NCBI GenBank assembly: GCA_022340515.1 | Contig: JAJDNT010000239.1 | Span: forward strand, 1-49,306 | DNA: 49,306 bases | Direction: 5' to 3' | Origin: Deltaproteobacteria bacterium | GTDB lineage: Bacteria > Desulfobacterota > Syntrophobacteria > BM002 | Shown: positions 17,847-27,409 of the stretch, one piece after another | Position numbering within the stretch: position 1 is the stretch's first letter | How the letters are laid out: every line of letters starts with the position of its first letter | Notes under the pieces: model-generated | Told to the model about the DNA's origin: nothing | What the model saw: the letters and a program-made list of their open reading frames with translations, nothing else | Databases searched by the model: none | Made by a program: the position numbers and the translations under genes

Positions 17847-19490
17847 CTATTCTGAACCAGTTGGCAAATTTGCCAGTGGATTAGATCCGTCTAGCCCTTC
17901 TGGTATGGGTATTCCCAACAGGTAAGCTACCATGGGTACCAGATCCAAGGTTGAAGCTGGGGCATGGTGAACATGCTGGCCGGGGATTACTGATGCCAGC
18001 CCTGGTCCTGCCAGCCAGAAGGAGACGATGCAATCGTCGGGATAATAACTGCCGTGATGTCCATACTTGTCAAAGTCACGCTCGAAATAGTATCCTTTTT
18101 TGTTAATCAGCTTTATGTCAGGGGCTGTCTCCCTGGTGTATTGTTTTCTGAGCCCCTGAACCAGATAGTCACCCAATTCGAAGTGGTCTGCCAGCTCACT
18201 CAGAGGCCGCAAGGCCAGCCGGAAGGCAACATCGTCGCCGCCTGCCGCCTGATATCCTCGCCAGTCAAAGAGCCACCACTGATCACTCTCTCCCAGACCC
18301 TCGTGCCGTTCCCCAGGATACTGGCGGATAACCATTGCCTTCATAGAGGTCTTAACCTCCGGGTTGGCCAGGATGAGATCAACCGCCGGTTTGATATCTG
18401 CCAACAATCGGGGTGGATCCATCCATTTGCCCGTTTGCCGGTTCTTCAGGTACACTTCTTTGGTGCAAGCCCCTAGCATGATGATAGCATCGGCCCGACT
18501 ATTGCCTCTTCCCCAGCGGGGCAGCTTGAAGTGGCCTTTGAGACTGCGGCGCAAGGTTTCCTCCGGTATGTGCTTTTTGATGCGGAGAGAGCCGTGCTCA
18601 GAGGCCAGGACAAAGATGATATCCTGATAAATCCCGAGTTCTTTAAGCTTCTGGATCAGCCTGCCCATGAGGGGATCCAATACGGTTTTAGCGTAATGCT
18701 TTTGGATTTCCGCCATGGAAGCTTGCCGTTCTTTAAAATCACCTACGGGAAAGTGTGAAAACAGATCGGTACCCAACAGTTGTACTACACTCACATCAGG
18801 GACTATATGGTGGTATTTATAGATACCTTCAAGACTTCTCCTGTACGCTGATACATGGCCAGTGAGAAAACCGTCCAGGGTTTTGTTGTCTACGTATTGG
18901 CTGTTAGGAAACCATTTACCGTGGCGAAAACGATTTAGCAGAGAGGCATTACCCCAAAAAAACGTGCCCGATTTGATCGACCAATCAGCCCCTTTAGTTA
19001 GCATGAGCATAGCAGTCATGGATCGTTTACCAGATTCGCCAACGTAGTCAAACAATGACTTGACACCGCCAGCCTTTAAAATGTTGTTGATCCGGTCTTG
19101 GGAATAGGAGATGAGGGTGCGGATCTGATAGGTGGTGCGGTCAAACCAAATTGTAGAAACCACTCCGGTGCGCTTAGGATAAAGTCCTGTGTACATGGAG
19201 GTTACAGCTGGCTGTGAGGCAGCAGGAATGGTGGTAAAAACTTGGGGTAGATATACATAGCTCTGGTCGTTATTGCCCCCTTTAATAATTTCCCGAAAAT
19301 TGGGCAAATCATCAAGGCTCTCTTCCAGAATTTCTCGTCTGAGGCCGTGGAATTCAAGAACGATTATCTTGGGACCCTTCTCTCCGGCTGTGGTTCTCTC
19401 GGCACTGAGCGTAATAAGCAGCAAACAGACGATTATCACAAGAGGCAGAACCGCACTGAACTTTAGTGTCTGCCAACAATGAGGTGTCAT
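17847..19490 (-). CDS. Exported alkaline phosphatase superfamily protein (NPP/phosphodiesterase-like) with variant metal ligands
   Basis: PAASQPAVTSMYTG nucleophile region, DxxxH (TDLFSH), SEHG, GHHGS, DLVPMVAYLLG; signal peptide. Confidence 0.75.
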   Translation of the reverse strand: MTPHCWQTLKFSAVLPLVIIVCLLLITLSAERTTAGEKGPKIIVLEFHGLRREILEESLDDLPNFREIIKGGNNDQSYVYLPQVFTTIPAASQPAVTSMYTGLYPKRTGVVSTIWFDRTTYQIRTLISYSQDRINNILKAGGVKSLFDYVGESGKRSMTAMLMLTKGADWSIKSGTFFWGNASLLNRFRHGKWFPNSQYVDNKTLDGFLTGHVSAYRRSLEGIYKYHHIVPDVSVVQLLGTDLFSHFPVGDFKERQASMAEIQKHYAKTVLDPLMGRLIQKLKELGIYQDIIFVLASEHGSLRIKKHIPEETLRRSLKGHFKLPRWGRGNSRADAIIMLGACTKEVYLKNRQTGKWMDPPRLLADIKPAVDLILANPEVKTSMKAMVIRQYPGERHEGLGESDQWWLFDWRGYQAAGGDDVAFRLALRPLSELADHFELGDYLVQGLRKQYTRETAPDIKLINKKGYYFERDFDKYGHHGSYYPDDCIVSFWLAGPGLASVIPGQHVHHAPASTLDLVPMVAYLLGIPIPEGLDGSNPLANLPTGSE

Positions 19491-19591
19491 AGGCTTCTTA
19501 CTCCATTCCCACTATATATCCAAAGACAGGGATTACAGGAAATAACCGTTCAGAATATTTAACCCTAAGATTTTGCTTTTATCTTTACCCA

Positions 19592-20707
19592 CTAAAATCC
19601 CAGCCTCAAAATCAAATAGAGTTTTGGGTCTCGATCACGGTCAGTTACACTCTGCCCTAGGTCAAGACCCACCTCAAAGGGGATTTTGCCAAATACAAAC
19701 ATTTGTAGTCGGATACCACCACCCACGCCAACTTCCGCTCCGGAAATAGATTTACTATCATCATAGTCTCGCCAGATTTGACCACTGTCCGCAAAGACCA
19801 CACCGAGGAGTTGCTGGAAGTGAAAGAGATCCCAAGGGGTGGTGGTCCGGTCTATAACCAGGAAAGGATAGCGCATTTCCAGACTGGCAGCCCACAGTTT
19901 CTCGCCAGAAAACTCGTTGAAGTCGTAGCCTCGCAGACTAGCCTCGCCCCCCAAGACGAACAATCTGGGATCATCCTTTTTCACCCCACCGTGAAGCCGC
20001 AATGATATTATCAACCGTTGGCCGGCTCCAAAGTACTCGTCCAGGTCCAGATTGTTGTAAAGCCGAAGGTCACCGGTATAACTTTGATAGGTGCTCTCAC
20101 TTCCCACGGCCTCATTACCATATTTTGCAGTGAGATTCACCTGGCTGCCGGAAATAATCTCCATAAGGTAGTAATCGGCCGTATCACGAACCAAACTGAG
20201 GGTGAAACCGTTTAGTCGCTCCCACTCATCGGGCAAATCCACCCATGCAATTTCATAGCCGGGAACTATCCTATGATACAAGTCAAAAGGAAAGCTGAAA
20301 GTAAGACTGCCACCCACCTCCCGGCGCCAGTCATCCTTGTCATTACCTGTGTCTTTTAAGTCACCGAAGAAGGTGTTCTTATCGAAGAGATTTATGCCAA
20401 CAGCGGGATACCAGCCGAGGTAAGTGTAGCCTGCCTGTAATTGCTCCTTACCACTTTCTGTCCCCATGCCGCCCCGGAAGCTAAGGACATGGTCTCCGGT
20501 GTAATTGCTCGCCTGCCAATCTATACCGGCAATGACACCATCTTTTTCGTTGTAGTCGAGGTAAGGAAAAAAGTAGTCAGTGGAAAAGCTGTCACGATAG
20601 TCTTGCTCTTTATAAGTTTCCCCTAGGCAGGGTAAAGTTAAGAAAAAAAGACAGAAGGACACAAGTATAAAAAACAACACGCTGGGGCGCCCAAATGGCT
20701 TCCACAT
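19592..20707 (-). CDS. Omp85/BamA-TamA family outer-membrane beta-barrel without POTRA domains
   Basis: Signal peptide from ATG 20707; LGGEASLRGY loop-6 motif; amphipathic strands; terminal Phe (LRLGF). Confidence 0.8.
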   Translation of the reverse strand: MWKPFGRPSVLFFILVSFCLFFLTLPCLGETYKEQDYRDSFSTDYFFPYLDYNEKDGVIAGIDWQASNYTGDHVLSFRGGMGTESGKEQLQAGYTYLGWYPAVGINLFDKNTFFGDLKDTGNDKDDWRREVGGSLTFSFPFDLYHRIVPGYEIAWVDLPDEWERLNGFTLSLVRDTADYYLMEIISGSQVNLTAKYGNEAVGSESTYQSYTGDLRLYNNLDLDEYFGAGQRLIISLRLHGGVKKDDPRLFVLGGEASLRGYDFNEFSGEKLWAASLEMRYPFLVIDRTTTPWDLFHFQQLLGVVFADSGQIWRDYDDSKSISGAEVGVGGGIRLQMFVFGKIPFEVGLDLGQSVTDRDRDPKLYLILRLGF

Positions 20708-20738
20708 TTTAATCTTGCCAGTTTTTGCCCGACAACCA

Positions 20739-22469
20739 TCAGGGCCTGCTACCATCAGCGACTCCAGACTCCCATGGCAACATAGCGTTTTCAAAAATCT
20801 GATATTGGCCGTGGCGAAAATAACTGAAGAGCAAACGTTGCCCATCCGAGCTGACCCGGGGTGAGAATATTCCACCTATAACTTTGGACAAAGGTTTCGT
20901 GGCACCGCTTCGCAGGTCCAGGAGGTGAAGATTGAAGATGCCAGTCTCGTCGGAGACGAAGAGGATTGCCTTGGCCTCAGGCAGGAATAGGGGCCATATT
21001 TCATCTTGAGCCGTGTCGGTAAGGCGGGTTTCTTCGCCGCTAAAAAGATCTTTGAGTACCAGGTCGAATTGCATTTGGTACTCCCTGGAGAAAACTAAGA
21101 ATTTGCCATCTGCAGACCAATGAGGGTAGGCTTCATCGTTTGGCGTCTGGGTCAAGGGTGTGAGCTCGCCTTTCTCAAGATTGATTTTATAAATATCGGC
21201 AAAACCGTCAACTGTTGCTACAAATCCCACTTCCGCATCTCCTGGGAGAAAAGCTGGAAAGCTGTTGACCCTCAGGTCCTGCTTGATGAGGTTTGCCTTT
21301 TTACGGTTTAAATCGTAAAGGAAAAGATCACTGCGATTGTCTTTGTCACTAACAAAAACTAAGCGCGTGCCGTCGTGAGACCAGTTCAAAGGAGCAGGGT
21401 ACAAATACCGTTTTTGCAGTCTAGTGAGCCGGCCGCTTGACAGTTCCAGTAGGTAAAGGGAAAAGTCGAATGATTCGTTTTCCCAGTCGGATAAGAAAGC
21501 AACCTTGCTACCGTCGGGACTATAGGCAGGAAAAAGGTTCCACCCTTTATTGGCGGTGAGAAGCCGGGCCTGGTGAAATGGGTCTTGCCATCCTTCTCCC
21601 CTTGCCCAGAGCCGTTTGCTGGCATACTCTCGCCAGGCCCACTCCAGCTGGTAGGGATCTTTGCCGGTAATCTCATAGAGTGCGCTGCGCAGGTTAAGCT
21701 TGTTTTTTATCAATCGGAGTAGACGGGGGATGGTCTCTGGGCCATAGGTTTCAACCAAAAACTGGATGAAAAGATCACTCTGGTAGTACGCTAGGCGGAT
21801 CTGGTGTGGGGGCAAATGGCTGAAGCCCCGCAGTTGGTTAAGAGGAATAAGTCTATGATCCATGACCGCATCCCTAACGTACATGGCGGTGGTGGAGTCC
21901 CAAGCCTCAGATTCATATTCAGCAACACCTTCCATGAACCACAGAGGTGAGAGCACACCAGTGAGTATGATCTGCAGTGAGCGGTAGGGGCCATCGAGGA
22001 GGTATTTGAGTTGGACAGCGTGGGTGATTTCATGGAGAGCCAACCGCTGCAAATATTTGTCATTGCTATGAACCGGAAATGCAACCCTTTCTTTGAAAAA
22101 TTCAGTGAAGCCGCCGCTCCCCCTTACTAGCCCAGTGACAATATTGGTGGCTTCATACTCCTTCTGGGAAGGGTAAATAAAGACGGGGATAGTTTCCTTA
22201 AAGGAAATATCCAGATCTTGGCTTATACGTTCAAGGTGGGTTCCATAAATGCGGGCCACATCGAGGGCTCGTCCTCTCAATTGGTCCGGATAAATAACCC
22301 GAAAGCCGTCGCCTCGAATCTCCTTCCAGAGGTAATCGGTATCGTGCACTTTATTCTTGCCGTACAAGCCCTCGGCGCCTGTGACGGTCATTCGTTCACG
22401 AGTACAGGAAAACAGAGCCAAAAGTAATATAAATAGCCAGAGTCTATGAGGGGACATTAGTCTTTCCAT
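20739..22469 (-). CDS. Lipoprotein: gluzincin (peptidase MA-like) domain plus TolB/PD40 beta-propeller
   Basis: Lipobox-like LFS-C; HEITH followed by PLWFMEGVAEY; repeated PxxSPDGxxxxF units. Confidence 0.8.
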   Translation of the reverse strand: MERLMSPHRLWLFILLLALFSCTRERMTVTGAEGLYGKNKVHDTDYLWKEIRGDGFRVIYPDQLRGRALDVARIYGTHLERISQDLDISFKETIPVFIYPSQKEYEATNIVTGLVRGSGGFTEFFKERVAFPVHSNDKYLQRLALHEITHAVQLKYLLDGPYRSLQIILTGVLSPLWFMEGVAEYESEAWDSTTAMYVRDAVMDHRLIPLNQLRGFSHLPPHQIRLAYYQSDLFIQFLVETYGPETIPRLLRLIKNKLNLRSALYEITGKDPYQLEWAWREYASKRLWARGEGWQDPFHQARLLTANKGWNLFPAYSPDGSKVAFLSDWENESFDFSLYLLELSSGRLTRLQKRYLYPAPLNWSHDGTRLVFVSDKDNRSDLFLYDLNRKKANLIKQDLRVNSFPAFLPGDAEVGFVATVDGFADIYKINLEKGELTPLTQTPNDEAYPHWSADGKFLVFSREYQMQFDLVLKDLFSGEETRLTDTAQDEIWPLFLPEAKAILFVSDETGIFNLHLLDLRSGATKPLSKVIGGIFSPRVSSDGQRLLFSYFRHGQYQIFENAMLPWESGVADGSRP

Positions 22470-22484
22470 TTTTATATGACCGGG

Positions 22485-23414
22485 TCAGTTCGATTCTTGC
22501 AGGCTTCTGACGGTTTTTTCCAGATCCAAGCATGTATTGGTGGAAAGCACCTCTGCCTGGCGGTAAATCCACCGGACCGAGCGACCAAGCATCTGGCCGG
22601 GGCCGATTTCAACCATGGGTGCCAGATTCTGCCGGACCAATTCCTCAACCACTCCTACCCACTGAACTTGACTGCGAAGTTGATTGGAGAGCAACTGGGC
22701 CACCTCGGCTGCTTTAACTAAAGGTTTTTGGCTGATATAAGAGAGGATAGGAGTATGGGGCTCATTCATTGAGGTGTTGTTAATCTTTTTGGCCAGGCAG
22801 TGATCGGCCGGGGTAAGGAGGCTACAGTGATAGGGTGCTGCTGCAGGGAGAAGGTCGGTCTTTAGGGCTTCTGAGTCCGCTGCCAGTTTCAACAGCTGAT
22901 CTACAGCCCACCGTTCGCCCGAGACGATTATTTGGTGTCGAGTATTCACTATGCTGACTTCGACTCGTCCTTTCACCTGGCGGCACAATTCCTCCACCTC
23001 TGAAAGTGACAGTCCGAGTACAACCCCCATGCCACCCTGGCTGTTGGCCTCGTTTATACAGCGCTCGGCCTCCACGATGAGGGTGAGACCAGTTTCAAAG
23101 CCCACAACTCCGGCAGCGTAGGCGGCTCCATAAATGCCCGAGCTATAAGGTGCGAGCGCTGCTGCCCTGACGGATCTATTGGCCAAAAGATCGGCCACCA
23201 TGCAGCTTATGGTATAGACTGCCAGCTGGGCGTTTAGATCCTTGTTGAGTCTTTCCTCAGGACCGGAAAACATGATCTCTCCCAGGGGCAATTCGAGATG
23301 ACGCTCCGCTCGCTTGAGCAGGTCCTCACTCTCAGGGAATCTTTCGACCAGGTCACGACCCATGCCCACATATTGGGCCCCCTGGCCTGGAAACAAAAAG
23401 CAGCAGCCGTTCAT
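22485..23414 (-). CDS. FabD-like acyl-CoA:ACP transacylase with atypical active site
   Basis: FLFPGQGAQYVGMG, EIGPG; PYSSG in place of GHSxG; PYHC. Confidence 0.85.
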   Translation of the reverse strand: MNGCCFLFPGQGAQYVGMGRDLVERFPESEDLLKRAERHLELPLGEIMFSGPEERLNKDLNAQLAVYTISCMVADLLANRSVRAAALAPYSSGIYGAAYAAGVVGFETGLTLIVEAERCINEANSQGGMGVVLGLSLSEVEELCRQVKGRVEVSIVNTRHQIIVSGERWAVDQLLKLAADSEALKTDLLPAAAPYHCSLLTPADHCLAKKINNTSMNEPHTPILSYISQKPLVKAAEVAQLLSNQLRSQVQWVGVVEELVRQNLAPMVEIGPGQMLGRSVRWIYRQAEVLSTNTCLDLEKTVRSLQESN

Positions 23415-23428
23415 GGCCGTCTCCCGGA

Positions 23429-24118
23429 CTAATAACTCTGTACCTGGAAACCTTCCGGCGGTTCAACGCTAAATAGGTCGTCTGAAAAGCCAGAGTTTTC
23501 TATGAGGTTTGACAGATAAATGAGAGTCCAGTCATCATTACCCTCTAAAATAGCGATCTCATTTGGTAGCCAGGTTTCGGGATCTATTTTAACTTCCAGC
23601 CGTTTGAAATATCGTGCACTCTTGGCAGATTTTGGTTCCAGGTCCATCTTTATCCATCTTCGATTGTCCCCGCGGGAGACCACTGTGACCTCTATCTCAT
23701 ATTGACGCTTGAAAGCTTGCGGATTATCGGTCGCACCGGTGATTCGGTCCAAAAACCCTACCCCCGACGGGCCGCGGTAAAGAGTCACTTTCTTGAGGTC
23801 TGGGTAAAGTAGGAGGATTTTATCTTCCCTAACCACTAGGGTAAGAGGGGCAGGTCGAACCACTTCCCAGCGCAAGCGACCAGGGGGCTGCCAAAACAGC
23901 TCACCTTCCGACTCCATGGGTCTTACCAGAAGCCGGGAGTATTTCCGTTGTTCAAAAGAACCTTTGAGAGTCTTTATTGTCTTGGCTTTGGCCTGGAGAT
24001 GATCCAGAACTTCTGCCACAGTCAGATGGGTTCCAGCCTTTACCTGCTGAGAGGTAAGGGCACTCATACCACCCAGAATAAGTCCTAGATGGAGCAGTAG
24101 TTTCAAAAATCTGGTCAT
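23429..24118 (-). CDS. LolA-like periplasmic carrier protein
   Basis: Signal peptide from ATG 24118; FEQRK...SEG...PGRLRWE...P; C-terminal LFSVEPPEG. Confidence 0.85.
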   Translation of the reverse strand: MTRFLKLLLHLGLILGGMSALTSQQVKAGTHLTVAEVLDHLQAKAKTIKTLKGSFEQRKYSRLLVRPMESEGELFWQPPGRLRWEVVRPAPLTLVVREDKILLLYPDLKKVTLYRGPSGVGFLDRITGATDNPQAFKRQYEIEVTVVSRGDNRRWIKMDLEPKSAKSARYFKRLEVKIDPETWLPNEIAILEGNDDWTLIYLSNLIENSGFSDDLFSVEPPEGFQVQSY

Positions 24119-24122
24119 TTTC

Positions 24123-24155
24123 AATTCGCAATCCGCAATCCGCAATCCGCAATTC
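24123..24155. repeat. AATCCGC heptamer tandem repeat
   Basis: aattcgc aatccgc aatccgc aatccgc aattc; fills the gap between the two genes. Confidence 0.85.
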
Positions 24156-25037
24156 TCATAGTGGCTCCACTATGTACCACTGGTCCGGATAGCGGCGGAT
24201 GTATTGTTCAAAAACCGTGGCAACCTGCCGCAAGTTGTGTTGCAGTGCCTTTTTACGGTCAGGGCCGTATTTTAAATCCAAGGGGGGTTCGACGACACCA
24301 CGATAGCGTCCCGGAGCCTCCATGACGGAAAAGGCAGGCAGAATCGGTGCACGAGCGGCCATTGCCAACAGCACCGGGCCAACTGGCAGCCGCACTGGAC
24401 GATTGAAAAAAGTTGTAACCTCTGCTCTATCGGTAGCAAAAACCCTGTCACCCAAAACAGCCACAACCTCATTTCGATTCAGAGCCTTAACCAAATCAAT
24501 GGCGCCGTATGCTGACTCCTCTACTTCGATGATCCTTATGCCATGACGCATTCTCATCACATTGATCAGAGCGTTGGTAAATGTGGTGTTGTGCTTTAAG
24601 GCCACAACGTTGACCGGATAGCCCATGGCCCGAAGTCCCAGGCCTCCAATTTCCCAATGGCCCAGATGAGCAGTGAGGAGCACCGCCCCTCTCCCTCTCT
24701 GCAAGGCTGCATCGATATGGTGGTGCCCCTGGTAAAGTTGAGCAAATGCCTGGCTTTCTTCCAAAGTCATGTTCAGAAGACGAAAAAAATCGACAACGTA
24801 GATTCCGTAGTTCTGGAAGAATCTCCACAGGAGCAACTTTCTATTAGCTGGTGGGTTGTAGCCGTTAAAGATAAGGTCAAAATTGTGCGAAACATGCCGC
24901 CGGTCTCGAGGCGAAAAAAGATAGGCAAGCGCGGCAACCAATCTTGCCAAACCATAGGTAACAGCTGCAGGCAGTAAACTGACGGTCTTCAGAGCTTGCC
25001 TATACAAAAATGGTTTATCTAGGAAATGTTCACGCAT
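24156..25037 (-). CDS. LpxL/HtrB-family (lysophospholipid) acyltransferase
   Basis: GRGAVLLTAHLGHWE (HX4E), LGDR, IRRYPDQWY. Confidence 0.88.
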   Translation of the reverse strand: MREHFLDKPFLYRQALKTVSLLPAAVTYGLARLVAALAYLFSPRDRRHVSHNFDLIFNGYNPPANRKLLLWRFFQNYGIYVVDFFRLLNMTLEESQAFAQLYQGHHHIDAALQRGRGAVLLTAHLGHWEIGGLGLRAMGYPVNVVALKHNTTFTNALINVMRMRHGIRIIEVEESAYGAIDLVKALNRNEVVAVLGDRVFATDRAEVTTFFNRPVRLPVGPVLLAMAARAPILPAFSVMEAPGRYRGVVEPPLDLKYGPDRKKALQHNLRQVATVFEQYIRRYPDQWYIVEPL

Positions 25038-25181
25038 GGGCTTTCACCGTCTCCCTAGATAGTGGAAACTATTTTCTCTGTCAACATCGCTCTCGCTATA
25101 AGTAATAATTAGACCATATTAAGGTTATTTCTTCAGGAATTTCTCCAATAACGTTTGCCTGTGGCTGTAGATTCAGCTCTT

Positions 25182-25265
25182 AGAGAGTTGTGGGTGATGG
25201 GGTCCCCCACTCCGCCGCAGGCGGAAAGTGGCCCTGGCCATACCAAAGAGTCACCAGACTCTTTC
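25182..25265. repeat. Imperfect stem-loop or MITE-like element with a 15-nt hairpin at its apex, in a divergent promoter region
   Basis: AGAGTTGTGGGTGA...TCACCAGACTCT ends; CCACT/AGTGG flank TCCGCCGCAGGCGGA (25211-25225). Confidence 0.45.
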
Positions 25266-25329
25266 TTACCGCGATGATTTCAACTATAATACCGAGGCTC
25301 ACTATCTATCTCTACAGTGGAATGTGAAA

Positions 25330-26649
25330 ATGTCATTGAAAATATTGCTGATCTCACCCATAGGACTCAAGAAGATTCTGGGGGCGGACTTTTTCTTCAA
25401 ACTGCCCTTTCTGGGCCTGCCTACCGTTGCTGCCCATACGCCGCCGGACTGTGAAGTCAAAATGGTTGACGAGCGCATTAGTCCGGTAGATTTCACCGAT
25501 GATGCCGATCTAATTGGGATCTCGGTAATGACTCCTCTCGCTACCAGAGCATATGAGGTAGCCGATGAGTTCAAACGGCGGGGGAAGACTGTGGTAATGG
25601 GCGGCATGCATGTCTCGGCCCTTCCAGAGGAGGCTTTAGAGCATTGCGATGCCGTGGCGATTGGAGAAGGTGAAAAAGTTTGGCCCCAGATGGTGGAAGA
25701 CTTCAAGCGGGGGGAACTCAAGGAGGTTTACCGGGCCGATAAATTATTGGATCTGGGTGAGTCGCTGCCTCCCCGATGGGATATTATCGACAAGACCCTG
25801 TATAGCCCTGTTGACTTCATCGAAACTACCAGGGGATGTCCAATCAATTGCAACTTCTGCGCGGTCACTCAGTTTTACGGGGCCAAATACCGCATCAAAC
25901 CCATCCATCTTGTTGAGGAGATGGTGGCAAGGGTGAGGCCGGTGGATAAAATCTTCGCCCTCAAGAACCTTATATTTTTTGTTGATGATAATATAGTTGC
26001 CAATAGGAAACACTGCATGGCGCTGTTGAAAATGCTGAAGTCCTATAACATTCAGTGGCTAGGCCAGGCTTCGATTTCGGTTGCAAAGGATGATGAACTC
26101 CTAAAGTTGATGTCCGAAACCAGATGTCTCGGGCTACTAATAGGTATGGAGAGCCTTTCTGAGGATACTCTGGCTGAGTGTGGGAAACGGATAAACAAAC
26201 CGGCCGAATATTTGGAGGCCGTGGCCAATTTGCACCGTTATGGCATAGGGGTAAAGGCCACATTTATTATTGGCTTTGACAACGATGATATCTTGGTATT
26301 CCCCAAAATGGCGAGATTCATTAATAGATCTAACTTTGACAGTGTATATTTCAGTATTCTAACGCCCTACCCGGGTACCCGGCTTTTTGAGAAGATGGAA
26401 AGTGAGGGCCGACTGCTGCATAAGGATTGGGAGAGGTATGACACTGCTCATGTTGTCTTCCGTCCCAGGAAAATGACTGTCGAGCAGCTCGAAGAGGGAT
26501 TTGTTTGGCTTTACAAGAGAGCCCTTTCAATGAAATCAATAGTGTTGCGGCTGGCCCGAGCCAGAACAAATCCTCAGTTTTTTCTTCCCGACAACTTGGC
26601 CTTTAGATCGTGCCTGTTCAAAATGCTGCGAGGAAATAAGAAAATTTAA
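25330..26649 (+). CDS. Cobalamin-binding radical SAM protein
   Basis: N-terminal B12-binding domain (KILLISP, GGMHVS, GEGE); TRGCPINCNFC; DDN, GMES, TPYPGT. Probable ATG 25330. Confidence 0.88.
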   Translation: MSLKILLISPIGLKKILGADFFFKLPFLGLPTVAAHTPPDCEVKMVDERISPVDFTDDADLIGISVMTPLATRAYEVADEFKRRGKTVVMGGMHVSALPEEALEHCDAVAIGEGEKVWPQMVEDFKRGELKEVYRADKLLDLGESLPPRWDIIDKTLYSPVDFIETTRGCPINCNFCAVTQFYGAKYRIKPIHLVEEMVARVRPVDKIFALKNLIFFVDDNIVANRKHCMALLKMLKSYNIQWLGQASISVAKDDELLKLMSETRCLGLLIGMESLSEDTLAECGKRINKPAEYLEAVANLHRYGIGVKATFIIGFDNDDILVFPKMARFINRSNFDSVYFSILTPYPGTRLFEKMESEGRLLHKDWERYDTAHVVFRPRKMTVEQLEEGFVWLYKRALSMKSIVLRLARARTNPQFFLPDNLAFRSCLFKMLRGNKKI

Positions 26650-26743
26650 GATTGACCCCGTCGGGTTAAGATTGCAGATTGATAGTGGCAAGTCGTATAC
26701 TCCAATCTAAAATCTGCAGTCTAAAATCTAAAATTTGTAGTCT
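26647..26743. repeat. Inverted pair of heptamer arrays (AGATTGC ... AATCTAA)
   Basis: taagattgcagattga followed by caatctaaaatctgcagtctaaaatctaaaattt. Confidence 0.65.
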
Positions 26744-26773
26744 TTAATACTTCAACCGAATGCGCGACTCTGC

Positions 26774-27409
26774 ATGCTTTCACTGAGCGGTTCTCGATCA
26801 ATATTCCTTTTAGCTCTAATGGCTTTGGTCTTAACTGGCTGTGCTACTCCTCCAGCTGTTCCAGAGAGACTCGAGTTTCTCAACTATAGGGGACAGGTAA
26901 ATGAACACCATATTCTCATCCAGGCCCCACCTTCTCGCGTCTTCCATGTCCTTACCGATTTTGATCGGTTCGTAACTTTGACTCCCACCGATCGAGTTCA
27001 ACTCAGAAAGATAACCCCCGGTCCTTACCAAGTTGGCACTTCCATTAAAGCCGAAACCATCTATAAGATAAAGCTCACCTGGGATTCACAGGTGGTGCGA
27101 ATAGACAAAGATCGTCTCTTGGCACTACAGTTCCAAAACGGGCCCTTCCAGGGGGGTTATGAGGTATGGGAACTCAAAGCTAAGGGAAAGTGCACCAGGG
27201 TGAGCCATACCTTGGTCTACAATATTTCCAATTTCTTTTATCGATTGGTGTGGCTGCTGAAGCAGGGAGAGAAAAGGCACAACACCCTCACAGAAGTCAC
27301 CCTGCTGAACCTGAAACGGGAATGTGAGGAAGGACTCTTACCCCCCTTTATGGGGGGGCCGCGAGAGGAGGACAGCTGTGACCTCCTGTCTTCTTTGCCG
27401 AGGAAGTAA
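26774..27409 (+). CDS. SRPBCC/START-like domain lipoprotein
   Basis: Lipobox LTG-C; ILIQAPPSRVFHVLTDF and C-terminal LLNLKRECE helix typical of the SRPBCC fold. Confidence 0.75.
   Translation: MLSLSGSRSIFLLALMALVLTGCATPPAVPERLEFLNYRGQVNEHHILIQAPPSRVFHVLTDFDRFVTLTPTDRVQLRKITPGPYQVGTSIKAETIYKIKLTWDSQVVRIDKDRLLALQFQNGPFQGGYEVWELKAKGKCTRVSHTLVYNISNFFYRLVWLLKQGEKRHNTLTEVTLLNLKRECEEGLLPPFMGGPREEDSCDLLSSLPRK

Noticed and set aside
24118-24152. N-terminal extension MRIADCELK on the LolA-like ORF (likewise the long N-termini given for ACP, deacetylase and Omp85)
   Set aside because: The extensions come from heptamer repeats or upstream overlap. Downstream starts give proper signal peptides or RBS spacing.
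25192-25210. Fluoride riboswitch-like GGTGATGGGGTCCCCC
   Set aside because: No matching downstream pseudoknot segment, and no fluoride-related gene follows.
27339-27358. C6/G7 runs as a phase-variation tract
   Set aside because: The runs are short, lie at the extreme 3' end of the SRPBCC gene and leave the frames intact.
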